A stretch of 39,406 nt of DNA from Bacteroidales bacterium (GTDB taxonomy: Bacteria > Bacteroidota > Bacteroidia > Bacteroidales > UBA12077), in contig JASGMZ010000001.1 in the NCBI GenBank assembly GCA_030156305.1, positions 1 through 39,406 on the forward strand, given 5' to 3'. Shown here piece after piece: positions 36,283-39,406 of this stretch; the first letter of the stretch is position 1, and each line of letters starts with the position of its first letter. The translations under genes were made by a program, and so were the position numbers. The notes below the pieces were generated by a model that made no database searches, was not told the DNA's origin, and worked only from the letters and a program-made list of their open reading frames with translations.

Positions 36283-37250
36283 TTTTTATTCACCATCGGC
36301 AAAATAATCAGAGCTATAGCTCCAAACAAAAGATATACCAGGTTTGTACAAGTGTGTGATAGAAGTGCAAAAACCATTCCGTCCACGCTGCTGATTCCAA
36401 ATAATAATAAACATTGAATCACTACATAGTGCCATGCACCAATCCCTGCCTGAATAGGTAAAATAAATGCAAAGGTAGAAACAGCAAAAGCAAAAGCGGC
36501 ATTACCGAGTGTAAGTTCCTCTGTAGGCCCATAAGCAAAAAACATTACGTAAAGCATCATCAACCAGAAAAAATAAATAAGAAAAGTCTGAAAAATATAT
36601 ACTCCTTTTCCCTTGATCGAAGCAATCGTTTTAAATCCCTCAATAAAATCTGTTTTTATTTTATGAATTCTTTTTCTGAACTTCTTAAAAACATTGAGTT
36701 TGTACAACACAAAAATAAATACAAAAACAAACAAAATTACCAAAGAGTATATAATAATTTTCGAGTGATAATTGGAATACGTTATGTTGATATTTGCTGA
36801 TTGGAATAGTTCCTTTAATACCGGAAATTGCCAGGCTATTAAAACAAGAAATAAAAAAATTAAAGCAGCAAAATCTGTTATGCGCTCAATAAATACGGTT
36901 CCAACCAATTTAGTAAAAGGAACTTTGTCATACTTAGTAATTACACCACACCGGGCAATTTCTCCTCCACGCGGAATAACAAGGTTGGTAAAAGCCATTA
37001 CCAGTACCGATAAAAATAAATTAAGATTCCCTGGATGATAATCCATAGAAACAATGAGTTTTTTCCATCGTAAGGCTCGGGTAAGCTGGCTTAACAAATT
37101 AAAAACTAATGAAAGAATTATCCAGCCATACGTTAAATTTCCCAGTTCCGACTTTATTTTACTTACATCTATATCTTTATAAACATACCAAAACAAAGTA
37201 ACTCCAATAACCAAAAAAACTCCCGATTGTATCAGTTTTCGTTTCTTCAT
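36279..37250 (-). CDS. flippase-like membrane protein (UPF0104 / lysyl-phosphatidylglycerol synthase TM-region family)
   Basis: 323 aa, about 8 TM helices. The N-terminal K/R-rich segment then RALRWKKL is typical of this family. 4-nt overlap with the convergent AI-2E gene end. Confidence 0.75.
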   Translation of the reverse strand: MKKRKLIQSGVFLVIGVTLFWYVYKDIDVSKIKSELGNLTYGWIILSLVFNLLSQLTRALRWKKLIVSMDYHPGNLNLFLSVLVMAFTNLVIPRGGEIARCGVITKYDKVPFTKLVGTVFIERITDFAALIFLFLVLIAWQFPVLKELFQSANINITYSNYHSKIIIYSLVILFVFVFIFVLYKLNVFKKFRKRIHKIKTDFIEGFKTIASIKGKGVYIFQTFLIYFFWLMMLYVMFFAYGPTEELTLGNAAFAFAVSTFAFILPIQAGIGAWHYVVIQCLLLFGISSVDGMVFALLSHTCTNLVYLLFGAIALIILPMVNKN

Positions 37251-37271
37251 ACTTCTTTTTAATCGGGAGAA

Positions 37272-38051
37272 CTATTCTTTTTTCCCGTTTTTTAATAATG
37301 ATTGAATATTTTCATTTAATTCGGAATGCAGTTGTTTAATTTTATCTTTCACCTTTTCATTTTGTGAGTTAAACGACGACTCAATCCGTTTCGTAATTAA
37401 ATCGTAATTTTTTAACAGCGTAAATGCTATTTCCTGTCCTTCGCTGATAAACTCCATAGTAGCTTTCACTGGAGTAGTTTTTTCATATTTTGTAGGATGT
37501 GTTAACCCTTCTAAAACACAATACTTTAATTTTTTCCCGTGTGCTTGAAAGTATAAATTAATATACGTTTCCACACCAAAACGGATATCCCGGATATCCT
37601 CTAAAATCGGTTCAATATCTTTTTTAAGCATGGCTCTCTCGCCGGTAAGCCCTTTAAACGGATTGATGCGATAATCAATCAATGTTTCGGATGGTTGCCC
37701 CAGTACCATGTCTGCTTCTGCATTAAATATGGGGTTGAGCAGATGGTCAAAATGCTCCTTTTTAATATGGGTAATATCGGCATCAAAGAACAAAATAATA
37801 TCACGGGATGCATTTTCAACGCCTATAACCATAGCAAAGCTTTTTCCTTTATTTTCATCCATCCTGATATAACTTATAGGGATGTCTTTTTGTAAGTCTT
37901 TTACTATTTGCTGTGTAGCATCTTCTGAGCCATCATCTACCAAAACAATTTCACTTTCCGGATTAAACCGATGGCAGGATTCTATAACATTTTTTATGGT
38001 TTGTTCTTCGTTATAAGCGCAAATAACAATACTTACATTTTTTTTATCCAT
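37272..38051 (-). CDS. glycosyltransferase family 2
   Basis: 259 aa. Motifs SIVICAYNEE, LVDDGSEDAT and FFDADI. Confidence 0.85.
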   Translation of the reverse strand: MDKKNVSIVICAYNEEQTIKNVIESCHRFNPESEIVLVDDGSEDATQQIVKDLQKDIPISYIRMDENKGKSFAMVIGVENASRDIILFFDADITHIKKEHFDHLLNPIFNAEADMVLGQPSETLIDYRINPFKGLTGERAMLKKDIEPILEDIRDIRFGVETYINLYFQAHGKKLKYCVLEGLTHPTKYEKTTPVKATMEFISEGQEIAFTLLKNYDLITKRIESSFNSQNEKVKDKIKQLHSELNENIQSLLKNGKKE

Positions 38052-38074
38052 ACTTGTTTTTTAGTAATGGTTAG

Positions 38075-39406
38075 TTAATTTTTTTTATACGTTGAAAACG
38101 TTACTCTTCGAAAAATAGTATTTCCTTCCGGAACCAGTTCAACCAATACTTTTTCTCCTTGTTTATTGATCAGATTTCCTTTAAGCCCAACCACAGGCTT
38201 ATCCCAGGGATGTAAAAGCTTTTCATTTCCAACATTTGACTCAAATTTAAAATTCGCATCCGTTGGTATTTTATAATTCCAGCCCTCTTTATCTTTAACT
38301 TTTAACTTATATCTGTAAAATCCACTGTTATGATATTCTTTAATGGTATCCATTCGATGTTCAAAAGGTAAAGCAAAAACCAACGGCCCTCGTTTGATAA
38401 AATAACCTTCTCCTCTCACGGTTTTCGACGAAGGCTGGGCAACTTTTTTAACTTCAAAATTAAATTTCACTATAAATTTATCATTTTTTTTCCAATGTTT
38501 CGATATTATTATTTTGTCATGTTCTTCACGAATATTTACTCCATCAATTTTTAAAATATCAATATCGGAGCAGCCATGAGGTTTTCGCAGAACGAGCGAA
38601 AATTCTGTTGGCCTTTCCGGGTTAATCATAAACTCCACTTTGTCTGAAAAAGGATAGTTGGTTTGCTCTTCCACATTTACCTCAACATCGTTTAGGATGG
38701 TTTTTACTTCGCATGGCCCATATAATGTTGCAACCAATCCTCCATTTTTAACATCCTTCATCCACATTCCTTCAACATAATAAGGCATTAACCGGCCTCC
38801 GTTGAGCACACAGCACGAAGCTGCCCGATGCGAGGCATCATACGACTCCCGGTGTCCTATTTCCTTATGGTTAATTTTTATTCGGTTATCTGATGTAAGA
38901 TATGACAATCCTTTAAGAACAGGGAGTCGTGCACCTTGTCCGGCATTAAAGGCCATCGTTTCCACCTGATCGGCCAGCAGAAAATCGCCGGTAAAAGCAA
39001 CCATCTTATTCAACGGACTGATCATCTCGGCAATACTGCAATACTCGTACCGCTCATCAGCGGTTCCCTTGCGTCCTTTCACCCATTCGTCACAACGCAT
39101 AGCGCCACCGGGAGTTATATGGTAATTTAATTTTTTGACACTCATCTCAGATGCCCGTTTATATTCTGATCTTCCATCAATAGCGGCCACAAAATGAGGC
39201 ACAAAGATTCCTTCAGCCACGTGAGCTCCATGTTTTCTAAAATACATAGTGGTATCCAGCAATTGCGACAGCTTTAAATCGTCATCGCGAACTTTTCCCT
39301 GACTAAAATCATCATATAACTTAAGGGCGGCATCAAGGTAAGTTTGATCCCCGGTGATACGATACAGCCATTCCAGGTTTTCGAAAAAACCGATTCCATG
39401 GGATAC
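38075..39406 (-). CDS. glycoside hydrolase family 127-like (beta-L-arabinofuranosidase / DUF1680), C-terminal part; gene continues past the right edge
   Basis: The reading frame is open from 39406 (VSHGIGFFENLEWLYRITGDQTYLDAALKLYDD...), so the track's TTG start at 39262 is internal. ERYEYCSIAEM and AASCCVLNG resemble the Glu/Cys and Cys-Cys Zn and catalytic motifs of GH127. Confidence 0.75.
   Translation of the reverse strand, partial: VSHGIGFFENLEWLYRITGDQTYLDAALKLYDDFSQGKVRDDDLKLSQLLDTTMYFRKHGAHVAEGIFVPHFVAAIDGRSEYKRASEMSVKKLNYHITPGGAMRCDEWVKGRKGTADERYEYCSIAEMISPLNKMVAFTGDFLLADQVETMAFNAGQGARLPVLKGLSYLTSDNRIKINHKEIGHRESYDASHRAASCCVLNGGRLMPYYVEGMWMKDVKNGGLVATLYGPCEVKTILNDVEVNVEEQTNYPFSDKVEFMINPERPTEFSLVLRKPHGCSDIDILKIDGVNIREEHDKIIISKHWKKNDKFIVKFNFEVKKVAQPSSKTVRGEGYFIKRGPLVFALPFEHRMDTIKEYHNSGFYRYKLKVKDKEGWNYKIPTDANFKFESNVGNEKLLHPWDKPVVGLKGNLINKQGEKVLVELVPEGNTIFRRVTFSTYKKN

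Overview
Visibly AT-rich chromosomal segment with Bacteroidota-type gene content. All calls rest on motif recognition in the supplied translations and my own reading of the DNA; no homology search was run. Most of the window is housekeeping: a truncated methylmalonyl-CoA mutase small subunit, Dus, a CPBP protease, the three-gene quinol:fumarate reductase/succinate dehydrogenase operon (cyt b, flavoprotein, Fe-S) flanked by two divergent M24B Xaa-Pro aminopeptidases, an amidase, endonuclease IV, an M16C peptidase, transporters and a GH127-type hydrolase that runs off the right edge. Three envelope or lipid modules stand out. (1) A tightly packed seven-gene minus-strand cluster at 21344-28472: DUF6134-like secreted protein, TauE/SafE permease, CdsA-type cytidylyltransferase, dolichol/phytol-kinase-like protein, extended SDR, CDP-alcohol phosphatidyltransferase and a DUF5686 outer-membrane protein. 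It looks like a self-contained pathway for an unassigned CDP-activated polar lipid and is my best candidate for an undescribed system. (2) A translationally coupled trio at 16509-19486: ArnC-like GT2, a double LAB_N membrane protein and an ArnT-like GT39. (3) A GT2 plus MprF-TM-like flippase pair at 36279-38051. Two non-coding junkyards (14040-15115 and 28473-30168) hold a decayed IS481-like transposase gene with a nested 103-bp TIR element, a 97-bp repeat family (3 copies), a ~125-bp repeat family (2 copies, one carrying a nested palindrome), several GC-rich palindromic hairpins, and histidine-kinase and OMP gene fragments. The nfo gene is bracketed by ~212-bp direct repeats, one of which is a decayed internal fragment of the neighbouring DUF5686 gene. 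I found no rRNA, tRNA or CRISPR array.
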